Shown here: positions 34,111 to 45,393 of the stretch, piece by piece
How positions within the stretch are numbered: position 1 is the stretch's first letter
Layout: every line of letters starts with the position of its first letter
Source: an uncultured Chloroflexia bacterium
GTDB lineage: Bacteria; Chloroflexota; Limnocylindria; Limnocylindrales; CSP1-4
DNA: 64,000 bases
Assembly: GCA_963755115.1 (NCBI GenBank)
Contig: CAVWIK010000003.1
Location: forward strand, 359,327-423,326
Reading direction: 5' to 3'
The notes under the pieces: generated by a model
Told to the model about the DNA's origin: nothing
The model's input: only the letters and a program-made list of their open reading frames with translations
The model's database searches: none
Translations under genes and position numbers: made by a program

Positions 34111-35153
34111 TCGGCCGGCGCTCCCAGGTAGGCCTCGATGACCCTGGGGTCGCGGCGGACCTCGGCCGGCGTGCCCTCGGCGATCTTCTCGCCGTGGTCG
34201 AGGACGGTGACGCGATCGCTGATGCCCATGACGACCCGCATGTCGTGCTCGATGAGGAGCACCGTCAGCGACAGGTCGCGCCGGAGCCGCCCGATGAGTT
34301 CGGTCAGCTGCTGGGTCTCCTTGGGGTTCATCCCGGCCGTCGGTTCGTCGAGCAGGAGGAGGACGGGCTCGGATGCCAGGGCACGGGCGATCTCGAGGCG
34401 CCGCTGATCGCCGTACGGCAGGTTCTTCGCGAGCTGATCGCCTTCACCCTTGAGCCCGACGAGCTCGAGCAGCTCCTCGCCCCGGATCCGCGACGTCACC
34501 TCCTCATGGCGATCGCGCGGGGACGAGAACAACGCGTCGATCCAGCTGGCCTTGAGGCGGGTGTGCATCCCCACGAGGACGTTCTCCATCGCGGTCATGT
34601 TGGGGAAGAGGCGGATGTTCTGGAACGTGCGGCCGAGACCCGCCACGACCATGTCGTTCGGGCGGGCGCTGTGGAAGACGCCGAACCGCCGCAGGAACCG
34701 TTCATACCGCGGCGTCCGGGCCACCCCGGTCACGAGGATGATCAGCAGCAGGATCACGCTGATGAAGATCCCGAGGATGATCGTGCCCTCGCTCGCGCCG
34801 AGGAGCGCGAACAGGATGGTGACGAGCGCGGCGATCCCGGGGACGAACAGCCAGATCAGCGGTTCGAGCCAGACCTTGCGCGACCGGGCGATCATCGTGC
34901 TGCCGTGGAAGTCGATGGTCCCGGCGGTCGGGTCGTAGATCCCGGCGATGATGTTGAAGAAGGTCGTCTTCCCGGCGCCATTGGGCCCGATGAGGCTGAC
35001 GATCGACTGTCGCGGGATCGTGAAGTCGATGCTGTTCACGGCGACCAGGCCACCGAACCGCTTGGTGACCTTCTGCGCGTGGAGGATGTCGGGCTCGGTC
35101 GTCTCGACCGCGGCCGGGGCGACGTCGGTCACGGGGATCGCGGCGTCCGTCAT
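34107..35153 (-). CDS. livG: Branched-chain amino acid ABC transporter ATPase with an internal hydrophobic insertion
   Basis: GPNGAGKTT, RTFQNIRLF, LPYGDQRRLEIARAL, DEPTAG. About 60 extra hydrophobic residues after Walker A. Confidence 0.9.
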   Translation of the reverse strand: MTDAAIPVTDVAPAAVETTEPDILHAQKVTKRFGGLVAVNSIDFTIPRQSIVSLIGPNGAGKTTFFNIIAGIYDPTAGTIDFHGSTMIARSRKVWLEPLIWLFVPGIAALVTILFALLGASEGTIILGIFISVILLLIILVTGVARTPRYERFLRRFGVFHSARPNDMVVAGLGRTFQNIRLFPNMTAMENVLVGMHTRLKASWIDALFSSPRDRHEEVTSRIRGEELLELVGLKGEGDQLAKNLPYGDQRRLEIARALASEPVLLLLDEPTAGMNPKETQQLTELIGRLRRDLSLTVLLIEHDMRVVMGISDRVTVLDHGEKIAEGTPAEVRRDPRVIEAYLGAPAE

Positions 35154-36423
35154 CGCGGGGCCCCCTCACCGGACGACTCCCCGAACATCTCCTCGGCGCC
35201 CGGCGTCTCGCCGAGCGACCCTTCGATGCCCGGGTCCCCGCCGATGTCCTCCCCGATGTCCGCCGCGTAGTCGTCCGCGACGTGCAGCTCGCGACGGCGA
35301 CGCTGGCTCGGGAAGAGGCCCTCGGGTCTGAACAGCATCATCAGCACCAGGGCGATGCCGTACAGGAGGAACTGGTAGTCGAGGAAGTTGATCTTGGCGA
35401 TGTCGATGTGGAGATTGACGAGCGGGAGGTCGAACGGCTGGAAGTTGAACGCCTCCTTGACCGTGTTGAGCTGCTTGAGGAAGACCGCCTGGATCATGTA
35501 CACGATGAACGCGCCGGCCGCCACGCCCCAGATGTTGCCCATGCCGCCGAGGATGACCATGGCGAGGACGGTGAACGAGACGGTGAAGTAGAACTGGTCC
35601 GGCGAGACGATCGTCAGCTTCGAGGCGTTGAAGACGCCGGCCAGGCCGGCGGTCGTCGCGCCGAGCGCGAACGCGAGCAGCTTCGTGACGACGGTGTTGA
35701 TGCCGTTGGCCGCGGCCGCCAGCTCATCCTCCCGGATGGCGTTCCAGGCCCGTCCGACCCGGGAATCCTGGAGCCGGTACAGCAGCGCCATGGCGATCGT
35801 GATGATGAACGGCCATCAGGATGAAATAGGAGAACGGGGTCAGGGCGGAGAAGATCCCGAGGCCAGGCAGCGGCTCCGGCCGGTAGATCCCGCCGATCCC
35901 GTTCGTGCCCTCGGTCCATGGGTCCAGGTTCTTGAAGACGATCGGGACGATCTCGCCGAACCCGAGGGTCATGATCGCGAGGTAGTCGCCGCGCAGGCGC
36001 AGGGTCGGGGCGCCGAGCGCGATCCCGAAGACCGCCGCGACGGCCGCGCCCACCACGAGCATCGGCAGGAACGGCAGGTCCATGTGGGAGATAGGGCGAG
36101 TTGCGAGTAGGCGTACGTGTACGCGCCGATCGCGAAGAAGGCGGCATAGCCCAGGTCCAGCAGCCCGGCCAGGCCGACCACGACGTTGAGCCCCATCGCC
36201 AGGAGGACGAACACGCCCGCGTTGGCGAACGAGTCGTACCACGGGCTGTGGCGCCTGGAGGAAGCTGAGCGGCGGGACCTGGGGCAGGAGGGCGAGCAGC
36301 GTCGTCGCGATCGCCATGCCGACGATGATCGTCGAGGAGCGGTGGTGCATCCGCGAAGTCGGCGATGCGCGCGCGAGGCGTGGTCGGGGTCGGCTTCGCC
36401 TGGGTCGCGGATGCGGCGGTCAT
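35150..36423 (-). CDS. livM: Branched-chain amino acid ABC transporter permease (about 3 frameshifts)
   Basis: [55 protein letters not shown]. Confidence 0.88.
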
Positions 36424-37500
36424 GCCCGGTCTCCGGAATGCCTGGCCGAGGATGCCGGTCGGCTTGAAGATGAGGACGAACGTCAGGATCAGGAAGACGA
36501 GGAACTCGGACCAGCGCGAGAAGCCGAGCGACGACGCGCAGTTCTCGATGAACCCGATGACGAAGCCGCCCAGCACGGCGCCGGTGATGTTGCCGATGCC
36601 GCCGAGCGACCGCCGCGGTGAACGCCTTGAGACCGGCGTTGAAGCCCAGGTCGAACCGGACGTAGCCGAAGCGCAGGCCCCAGACGACGCCGGCCGCCGC
36701 GGCGAGCGCGCCACCCAGCAGGAAGGTCAGCGAGATCGTCTGGTTCATGTCGACGCCCATCAGGGCCGACGCCTCGCGGTCCTGGGCGGTCGCGCGCATC
36801 GCGCGTCCCAGCCGTGGACCGGCTGACGAAGAGCTGGAGGGCGGCCATCAGCGAGAGGGCGAGGACGAAGATGAAGATCGACAGGACCGAGATCGACGCG
36901 CCGCCGACCGGGATCTGCCAGCTCAGCGGGAAGATCTGCGGGGCGGACCGGTCGCCGGTGCCGGCCAGGATCTGGGCGACGTTCTGCAGGATGAACGACA
37001 TGCCGATCGCCGTGATCAGTGGGGCCAGTCGCGGGGCATTGCGCAGCGGCCGGTAGACGGACCGCTCGATCAGGACGTTCAGCCCGCCGATGATCGGCAT
37101 CGTGAAGGCGAGGGCACCCAGGAGCAGGAGGATCAGCGGGATCATGTCGGTCACCGCGCCGGTCTGTCCCATGATCCCGCCGAGGAAGACGACCGACAGG
37201 AAGGCGCCGAGCATGAAGATGTCGCCGTGGGCGAAGTTGATCAGCTCGATGATCCCGTAGACCATCGTGTAGCCCAGGGCGATCAGGGCGTAGATCGCGC
37301 CGATCGACAGCGCGTTGACCGTCTGTTGCAGCGCCGACCGGGAAGCGCCGTCGTCGAGCGGCGAGCCCGACGATCACGGTAGAGCAGCACCCAGAGGATG
37401 GCGAGGTACGCCACGATCCGCGACGATCGCGAGGCCGCGCGACCCGCAGGGTCCGCGAGAGCAGGTTCGGTCGGGTGACCGGACTGGCGATGGCTGTCAC
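36420..37500 (-). CDS. livH: Branched-chain amino acid ABC transporter permease (several frameshifts; ends approximate)
   Basis: [42 protein letters not shown]. Confidence 0.88.
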
Positions 37501-37549
37501 GTCTCGGACCTCGGGGACGATGCCAGGGCCTGAAGCGGTGAAATGGAGC

Positions 37550-37576
37550 GGCCGGGGACCCGGTGGATCCCCGGCC
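37550..37576 (-). terminator. Stem-loop between livK and livH
   Basis: GGCCGGGGATCC-ACC-GGGTCCCCGGCC. The single mismatch is a G-U pair only on the minus (sense) strand. Confidence 0.55.
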
Positions 37577-37592
37577 TCTCGATCATGGTCGG

Positions 37593-38911
37593 TTACTGCG
37601 CGTAGTCGACCTGGGTCTCGAACTTCCAGTCGCCCTTGCCATCGGCGCCGGCCTGGTCGAACGAGTAGATCGACACGATCTTCTGGCTGGTGTCGCCGTT
37701 CGCGTCGAACGTGATCGGCCCGACGATCGTGTCGTGGGTCGCGGCCGTGTCGGTGCCCGCGACGCGGACAGCCTCACGAAGGGCGGCCATGTCAGCCGGG
37801 CTCTTCGCGCCGGCCGCATTGATGGCATCGAGGACGACCTGGGCGCAGGCATAGCCCTGGCCCGCGTAGCCCGTGGCGTCGATGCCGTACTCGGCCTTGT
37901 AGTCGGCGTCGAACTGGTCCTTCTTGTCGAAGGTGCCCGCGCCGGCCAGCGTGCTGTACGAGCTCTTGGCGGCGGCCGCGGCGAGGTTCAGGAACGAGTC
38001 CTTCGTCGCGCCGGAGCCGTCGTTGATGCCGTCGGGACCGACGAACGGGACATCGCCGAGGCCGGCCTGCTGGGCCGCCAGGAGGATGCGCGCGCCGCCG
38101 GTTGCCGTGACGCCACCGAAGTAGATCGCCTCGGGGTTGAGCGCCTTGGCGGCGGTCATGATCGAGACGTAGTCCTGCGTGGTCTTGTGCGCGCCGTCGT
38201 GCTTGACGACGGTGCCGCCGCGGGCCTTGAAGTCGGCCTCGAACGCGTCGGCGACGCCCTTCCCGAAGGTCTCGGTGTCATCGATGATGTAGACCGAGTT
38301 CTTCTTGAGCGTGTCGTGGATGTACTGCGACGCCGCCGGACCCTGGACATCGTCCGTGGTGACGACGCGGATGTAGTTGTTCGGCTTGGTGACGGCGGAT
38401 CTCCGCCGCCGGGTCACCCTTGGTCAGGTCCGGGTTCGTGTTGGCCGGCGAGCACTGCAGCAGGCCGCCCTCGTTCGAGATCGGGATCTGCGCCTTGGCG
38501 ACGCTCGAGTTGAGCGGGCCGATGACCGCGACGACGTTCGGCGTCGGCCACGACCTTGGTCATGTTGCCGCGCCGGTCTGCGGGTCGTGCGCGCCGTTGA
38601 GCGCGTCGTCGTAGATGGCCGAGTCCGGCACTTCGATGGCGTAGCCGCCGGCTGCGCCGCCGGCCTGCTTCACCGCGAGCCGGATGCCGTTGATGATCGG
38701 GTCCGACGCCGCCTTCTCGCTGCCCTGGAGCGGGAGCTCGATGGCGATCGTGGCCTTGCCCTTGCTCGTGTCGCCCTGCGGGGCGGCGCTCGAAACGCCA
38801 CCGCCACCGCTGGCGGCCGCGCTCGGAGCGGCGCTGCTGCCGCCGCCGTTGCACGCCGCGAACGCCAGCGATGCTGACGGCCGCGAGCGCACCAATCCTG
38901 TGAAGTTTCAT
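37593..38911 (-). CDS. livK: Branched-chain amino acid-binding lipoprotein (about 3 frameshifts)
   Basis: Lipobox FAA-C, IGPLNSSVA, ISPANT-like segment, RVVTTDDVQG, DANGD. GGAGGAG RBS. Confidence 0.85.
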
Positions 38912-39283
38912 CCAGTACTCCTCCAAATCACCGGTCGAAACCACCGGCCGCCGACCCGAGGCCGGACCGCAGCCGTCCCCCCGTCGCCCTCTCGCCGTCC
39001 GCTCTGCCGCTCCCTGTTCGGGGTGGGCGAGACGGGTGTCGGTGCGTGCCGGGGTGGTGGCTGCCGATCCGCATCCGGGCGGCGCGCAGGTGGCCGCCGA
39101 AGCGATGCCGTATCATAGCGGCCGGCGAACCGATTGCAATACCGGTCGGCCGCACCCGTCAGCCCGTCGCGAGCGCCCATCGCTCGCCGCCCGACGAGGG
39201 GAGCGCGGGCCCGGTACGACCTCACGGTCGAGCCCCGGTCGGGGGTGAACGGTCGCCCAACCCTGCGAGGTTGCACGTTCCGC

Positions 39284-39749
39284 GTGGAGTACCTGGTCCG
39301 AGCAGCCCGTGTCACGGACATCGATCGGCTCGTCGCCTTGAGCGACGGGACCTTTCAGACCGCCCGTGACGAGGGCCCGCTCGCGGCCGCGGACCTCATG
39401 CGACAACTCGTCTACCTGCCGCAGGCCAGCATCGTGGTCGCAGAAGCGCAACGCACGGTCGTCGGCGGGGGAGTCCTCGCCCTGCGGCCGTCGGTGCGTT
39501 CCGGCGGTTACGTCGGGACGATCGACCTCCTGGTCATCGATCCCGACCACGATCCTCGACCGGATCACGGAGGCGCTCGTCGAAGAGCTCCTCCGCTCGG
39601 CCAGCAACAAGGGCTGCACCGTCGTCGAGACGGTCCGGCCCGATGATCCCGCGGCCCTGGCTCGCCTGCGAACGATGGGCTTTGGCGAGGCCGGACCGCG
39701 AATGGAACGTATCGTGACCGCGGCGGGAGCTGCCGCGCGTCGCGCCTGA
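39284..39749 (+). CDS. GNAT-family acetyltransferase (frameshift ~39555)
   Basis: YLVRAA..DI, IDLLVIDP, then LVEELLRSASNKGC and MGF in the next frame. Confidence 0.7.
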
Positions 39750-39813
39750 TGATCGTCCTCGCCGTGCAGCGTCATCGCGCCGACGAGGCGAACCGCTAGA
39801 CCAAGGAGTCAGT

Positions 39814-41660
39814 GTGAGCAAGAACGTCGCCGTCTTCGTAGACGTCGCGAACATCTTCTATGCGGCCAAGGCGGCCGGGGTGGACATCGACTACGTCACC
39901 CTGCTGAAGTCCGCCTCCGCGGGGCGCGATCTCGTGCGCGCCTATGCATACACGGGGCTGGACCCCGACAACGAGAACCAGCGCAACTTCCATGAGTTCC
40001 TGCGCCGCCACGGCTACAAGGTGGTCAGCAAGGACATCCGCAAGTACGGCGACGGCAAGGTCAAGGCCAACCTGGACATCGAGCTGGTCGTCGACATGAT
40101 GAAGACGGCCCGGAACCTCGACATCGCGATCGTCGTGTCCGGGCGACGGCGACTTCGCACCGGCCATCCGCGCCGTCCAGGAGATGGGCGTCCGCTGCGA
40201 GGTCATCAGCTTCCGCGGCAACACGAGCTCCGACCTCATCGAGGTGGCGGACCTGTTCACCGACATCACGCAGCTCGCCCGCGTCGAGAAGGGGTCGCGC
40301 TCCGGACGGCGGGTCGTCCGAGGACGATGCGGACCTGTCGATGACCGAGGTCCCCGACAAGCAGACCGAGGGGACCGGCGCCGGCCGTGGTCGAGGCCGC
40401 GGCCGGGGTCGCGGGCGGGCCGCCGAGCCGGAGCCCGTGGCGGCAGCATCGCCGAGTCGCGGCCGTGGGCGTGGACGCCCGGTCGCCGTGGCCGGTGCGG
40501 TCGCCCCGGCGGCCGCTGCCGTCGTGGCCCTGCCCGGCGAGCGCCTGTCGCGCGCCGGATCGCTGTCCGAGGCGGACCTCGCGAGCGCCGAGGTGTTCAC
40601 GCTGGACGATGTCGTCGCCGTGGGCGATGACGCCGAGGCGCCGATCCGCACCGATGGACCGATCCTGGAGGGCGACGACGCACCGCGCCGTCGCCGTCGT
40701 CGAGGCGGTCGCGGTCGCGGTCGCGGTCGCGGTCGTGACGGCGAGCTGGAAGGCGCCCCGTTGACCGGATGGGAGCGGCGTGGTCGCCGCCTCGGACGGC
40801 GAGGGCCCGATCGATCTCGAGGAGGACGAGGACGAAGCGGAGCTCGACGTGGTTGCCGCCGCGCCCAAGAGCCCGCGACCGACGCCGTTCGGCTCGGTCT
40901 GGGACTCCCAGCTGGGGACACCGACCCCGAGGTCGTCCGAGACCTTCGCGCCGATCGTCGACGACGAGGACTTCGACGAGCCCGAGATCCCCGAGTACCT
41001 CATCGCCGAGCAGCGCCGCGGCAGCGCGCAGCGCAGTGGCGCCGGCGGTGGCGGTGGCGGTCGAGGCGGGCCGCGCGGTGGTCGCGCCGCCTACCAGTCC
41101 GCCGTGTCGCGCGAGCGATACGGTCGCGGTGGCGGCGGCGGTGGTGGCGGCATCAACCGCTACCCCGACGTGAGCGGCCGGACGAACCGCCCGCGCGAGG
41201 ACCGCTCGTACGACCGCGGTCCGCGACCGGCATCCGCCGCGCCGGCACCGCGCGCGGACCCCGGGTGAGTGGAGCGAGGTGCCGCCGGAGCTCGAGGCAC
41301 AGCTGCGCGCGCAGCTCGCCCAGAAGACGGTCGCCCCGAGCGCCGCCCCGACCCCGCCGGTCGCCGCCGTGGAATCGGCCCCCGAGGTCGCGCGCGGAGA
41401 CGCCGAAGCGTCGGACGACGCGCAAGACCGCGACGCCGTCGGACGACGGAGCCGCGAGCGCGACGGCCGACAAGCCGGCCGCCAAGCCTCGGGCGACGCG
41501 CAAGCCCGCGGCGACGACCGCGGCCGGTGCCGAGAAGCCGGCCGCGAAGTCGCGGACGACACGCAAGGCGGCCACCACCGGCGACGTCGAGGGCGCGGCG
41601 GAGGCCGCTCCCGAGAAGCCTGCCGCGAAGCCGCGGACGCGCAAGCCCGCCTCTGCCTGA
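39814..41660 (+). CDS. NYN (LabA/DUF88) domain protein with a long disordered RG/acidic/AKP tail (about 5 frameshifts)
   Basis: VFVDVANI, KANLDIELVVD, VSG-DGDF, EV. Then (GR)n, acidic and KPAAK-rich segments in successive frames to TGA 41660. Confidence 0.8.
40707..40736 (+). repeat. GGTCGC hexamer tandem repeat encoding (Gly-Arg)n
   Basis: GGTCGC x4 followed by GGTCGT. Confidence 0.85.
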
Positions 41661-41667
41661 CCCCGCG

Positions 41668-42921
41668 ATGCAGGGCGCTCGGACCCGCGGGCACGGCCCG
41701 GCGCTGGCCGCCGCCGGCGCCATCATCCGGGGTGGGTCCGTGCACGCCGTGCTGCTCAGCGGGCCGGGCGGGGTCGGCAAGACGACGCTTGCGCTGGACC
41801 TTGCGGCGGGCCTGCTGTGCACGTCGGCCGACCCTGCCGCGCGTCCATGCCGGGTGTGCCGCGGCTGCCGGCTGGTCGAGCACGGCGACCACCCGGACCT
41901 GCACCTGCTCGGACCGGAAGGGCCGGGCGGCCAGGTCACGATCGGCACCGACGACCCGCCGGTCCGCGGCGTCCGCGACCTCGTCGCCGAGCTCGCCCTG
42001 CTGCCCCTCGAGGGCGGCGCGAGGGTGGCCATCATCGAGGCCGCCCACCGCATGAACGAGCCAGCACAGGGTGCCCTGCTCAAGACCCTCGAGGAGCCGC
42101 CGGCCGGCGTCACGATCATCCTCTGCGCCGACGAGGAGGCTCGCCTCCTGCCGACGGTCCGGTCGCGCTGCGCGCGCATCCGCCTCGGGCCGGTCGGACC
42201 GCGTGACGTCGAGGCGATCCTCGGGGAGCGAGGCGTGGCCGACCCGCCACTCGCCGCCCGACTCGCACGGCTCTCCGGGGGTCGCCCGGGGCTCGCGCTG
42301 GCCTACGCGCAGGCGCCCGACGCGCTGCTCGCGCGCGACGAGCTCGCGCGCGTCGCCCTCGATCTCCTCGACGCCGGTCCCGCGGCTCGCCTCGCCGCGA
42401 TCCGCGAGGCGCTGCCGCGCGCCCTCGCCCACGACGCGGCGCTCGACGACGCGGCCGCACGGCAGACCGGAGCCGCGGAGCCGAACGGCGCGACCCCCGC
42501 CCGGGGTCGACGCCGGACCAGATCGACGGCCCCGGCGCCGGTCGAGGGCAACGGCGGCGACGTCCCGACCGGCGAGGGAGCGGCGGCCGGTGACGCCGGC
42601 GTGGACCCGGTCGAGGAGAGCGCGTCGCCGAGGGCCGTGGCGGCGCCCCTCCGGCGACACGCGGCCGAGACGCTCATCACGATCTGGACGGAGGTGGCAC
42701 GCGACCTCGCGATCACGCAGGCCGGCGGCGGGCGCTCCATCCACGACCCGGGTCTCCACGACGAGCTCGTCGCGTCGGCCATCGCCATCCCGCCCGGGAG
42801 CGCCGCCGAGGCGCTGCGCGTCCTGGAGCGGGCCGGCATGCTCATCGCCGCGAACGTCAACCCGGAGCTCGTGCTGGACAGCATCGTCCTGTCCTGGCCG
42901 CGCCGGCGCCACGCGGCCTGA
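41668..42921 (+). CDS. holB: DNA polymerase III delta' subunit
   Basis: GPGGVGKT, C..PCRVCRGC zinc motif, HPDLH, ALLKTLEEPP, LPTVRSRC. Confidence 0.9.
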   Translation: MQGARTRGHGPALAAAGAIIRGGSVHAVLLSGPGGVGKTTLALDLAAGLLCTSADPAARPCRVCRGCRLVEHGDHPDLHLLGPEGPGGQVTIGTDDPPVRGVRDLVAELALLPLEGGARVAIIEAAHRMNEPAQGALLKTLEEPPAGVTIILCADEEARLLPTVRSRCARIRLGPVGPRDVEAILGERGVADPPLAARLARLSGGRPGLALAYAQAPDALLARDELARVALDLLDAGPAARLAAIREALPRALAHDAALDDAAARQTGAAEPNGATPARGRRRTRSTAPAPVEGNGGDVPTGEGAAAGDAGVDPVEESASPRAVAAPLRRHAAETLITIWTEVARDLAITQAGGGRSIHDPGLHDELVASAIAIPPGSAAEALRVLERAGMLIAANVNPELVLDSIVLSWPRRRHAA

Positions 42922-43256
42922 TGGCGGACGACGGTCCGGCCGGCCGGCCGGAGGATCCCAGGGCGGCGGCTCGGGTCGACGCGGTCGTGCGCGGGCGGGT
43001 CCAGGGTGTCGGCTTCCGCTATTTCGCCTGGCGCGAGGCGATGGATCTCGACCTTGCGGGCTGGGTCGCGAACGAGATGGACGGCACCGTCCATTGCGTC
43101 GCGGAGGGGCCGCGTCACCTCCTCGAGGAGTACCTCGAGCGGCTCCGGGCCGGTCCACCGGCCGCCTCGATCGACCGGGTCGATGTCGTCTGGATGACGC
43201 CGGTCGGCGGGCTCGGACCGTTCGCCGTGAGGAGCGGTGGCCACCGCGGCGACTGA
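42921..43256 (+). CDS. acyP: Acylphosphatase
   Basis: GRVQGVGFRY, GWVANEMDGTV, GP. Confidence 0.92.
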   Translation: MADDGPAGRPEDPRAAARVDAVVRGRVQGVGFRYFAWREAMDLDLAGWVANEMDGTVHCVAEGPRHLLEEYLERLRAGPPAASIDRVDVVWMTPVGGLGPFAVRSGGHRGD

Positions 43257-43335
43257 GATGGGCCCCACCATCGCCGCGCGCGCACCGGACCGGTGGGCTA
43301 TTCCCGATGGGACCTTCGGTCCGGCATGGTTGGAC

Positions 43336-43614
43336 ATGATGGAGCCGAACTCGCCTGCTGAAGAGTTGCCTGCGCTGTATCGCGCCATCCTCGACCGGGT
43401 CGCGGACCTCGAGTCGGACGGTGCGCGGACGCAGGCCGCCCGCGTGCGCGCGAGCGCCACGAAGATCTACTCGCGAGCGTGGGACGAGCGGGCACGCAAG
43501 GAGCTGATGGCGCTCCTCCGCGGTGCGACGCGGCCGGGATCGGGCGAGCCCGTCATGGCGGCGAACGAACCGTTGACGCACGGCATCCGCTCGAAGAGCG
43601 CCGCCGCCTCCTGA
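43336..43614 (+). CDS. Hypothetical helical protein (start uncertain)
   Basis: Coding-like sequence EELPALYRAILDRVADLE in the co-oriented gene run. Confidence 0.55.
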   Translation: MMEPNSPAEELPALYRAILDRVADLESDGARTQAARVRASATKIYSRAWDERARKELMALLRGATRPGSGEPVMAANEPLTHGIRSKSAAAS

Positions 43615-43642
43615 ACCGGTCCGAGGTCGTAGGCTGTGGCGG

Positions 43643-43945
43643 ATGCCCGCCGAGACGACCACCGACCTCATCGCGCGCGTCCTCGACGCCTACGCGACCC
43701 TGGAGCTCCTCGGCGAGGAGGTCGAGGATGAATGGACCTACGTCACCGACCTCGAGGCCGCATGGCGGGCCCGCCTGACCGAGGTCGCCGACGATCGTCG
43801 CGACGCGGTGGTCGGGCCGGATGTCGTGACCGCCATCGAGGGCGCGATCGCCGAGATCGGCCGCATCGAGGATCCGCACCGGGCGATCGACTGGCTCTCG
43901 ACGTTCCCGCAGCTCGTGCTGATCGCGCTCGGCGACCCGCTGTGA
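43643..43945 (+). CDS. Hypothetical protein
   Basis: 100 aa. TAGGCT lies 7 nt upstream of the ATG; GTGA overlap with the next gene. Confidence 0.7.
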   Translation: MPAETTTDLIARVLDAYATLELLGEEVEDEWTYVTDLEAAWRARLTEVADDRRDAVVGPDVVTAIEGAIAEIGRIEDPHRAIDWLSTFPQLVLIALGDPL

Positions 43946-44616
43946 GGTTCCAGGACGCCGCCCGTGACGCGCGCGCCGTCGTCTACGCCGGCGTGCAGGC
44001 CGACCCGCTCGTCGCCCGCGCGGCGACGCTGCTCGCCGAGGCGACGCTGCCCGAGCGCGTCCTGGCGCGCGCCGTCATGAACGGCGAGTCCCTCGACCCG
44101 GACGTCTGGCGGTCGATGATGCCGTCGCTCTTCCGCGCGGGCGGCGCCGAGCCCGAGGCCAGGGAGCGGGCCGAGTCGATCCTCGCGGTGTCACTGGAGG
44201 TCGCCGACCGCGGCGAGCAGGTCCGCAGCCAGCTCCGCGGCGCCATCGTCGAGGAGCTGACCGCGCGGCTGCTCGCCCGCAGGGTGGACCCGGGCACGGT
44301 CCGGCGAGAGCGGCGGATCCTCTTCGACGGGGTGACCGCCGAGATCCACCCGTATGACGTGACCGTCGAGCGCTCCGGCGCCGCCGAGGCGTACGACTGC
44401 AAGTGGGGTGCGCGCGGCATCAACGCCGACGTCCTGTACCAGCTCGACGACGCGCGATCGCACGCCGTCGACGAGGAGGAGCCGCTCTCGGTCGCGCTGG
44501 TCGTGTTCGACGCCGAGCGATCGTGCCGCGTGCGCCTCGAGCGCCAGACGGCGCCCGTGGCCGGGACGCGGCTCATCGGCCTCGAGCGCCTCGATGACCT
44601 GGGCGCCCCACCATGA
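43942..44616 (+). CDS. Putative PD-(D/E)xK restriction-endonuclease-like protein
   Basis: G..VEELTARLL, PYDV, AYDCKW, VLYQL pattern. Confidence 0.55.
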   Translation: MRFQDAARDARAVVYAGVQADPLVARAATLLAEATLPERVLARAVMNGESLDPDVWRSMMPSLFRAGGAEPEARERAESILAVSLEVADRGEQVRSQLRGAIVEELTARLLARRVDPGTVRRERRILFDGVTAEIHPYDVTVERSGAAEAYDCKWGARGINADVLYQLDDARSHAVDEEEPLSVALVVFDAERSCRVRLERQTAPVAGTRLIGLERLDDLGAPP

Positions 44617-45378
44617 GCCTCGAGGTCGACGAGGCGTACAGCGCGCCGTATCGCGTCCGCTTCGACGAGGCCGGTCCGGACGGTCGCCTCCGGTCGTCGG
44701 CGGTGCTCCGGTTCGCGCAGGACCTCGCCTGGCTGCACTCGGCCGCGGCCGGGTTCGGTCGCGCGTGGTACGCCGAACACCGGCTCACCTGGCTCGTCCG
44801 TGCCGCGGAGCTCGAGCTCTTGGCACCGATCGGGGTCGGGACGACGCTGACCGGCACGACGCAGGTCGTCGGATTCCGGCGCGTCTGGTCGCGTCGCCGC
44901 TCCGAGTTCCGCGATGCCGGACGGCAACCTCGCCGCATGGATCCACATCGACTGGGTCCTCCTCGACGAGCGCGGCGCGCCGACGCGGATCCCGTCGATC
45001 TTCGAGGAGCTCTTCCAGGTGCCGGCCGTCCCGCTGTCGCTCGGACGGGTGCCGCTCCCCGCCGCGCCCGACGACGCGCACCGGATCCGGTTCGCCGTTC
45101 GGCCGCAGGAGCTCGACCCGATGGATCACGTCAACAACGCCGTCTACGCCGATTGGCTCGACGAGGCGGTGATCGGCGCCGGTGACACCGAGGCGACACG
45201 GGCGATTCCGCGGACGGTCCGGCTCGAATACGCCATGCCGGCGGCGCCTGGCGCGATACTCGAGTCCACGGTCTGGCCGGCCGCGGGTGGGTGGTCCTGC
45301 CGGATCAGCAGCGACGACGGCTCGGAGTTGTTGCGTGCGAGCCTGACTGGCGCCGCGACGCCCGGCGACCTGCCCTAG
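44613..45378 (+). CDS. Acyl-ACP/acyl-CoA thioesterase, double hotdog fold (frameshift ~44925)
   Basis: VRFDEAG, QDLA, ELDPMDHVNNAVYADW. Confidence 0.82.
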
Positions 45379-45393
45379 CGCTCGGCGAGGACC

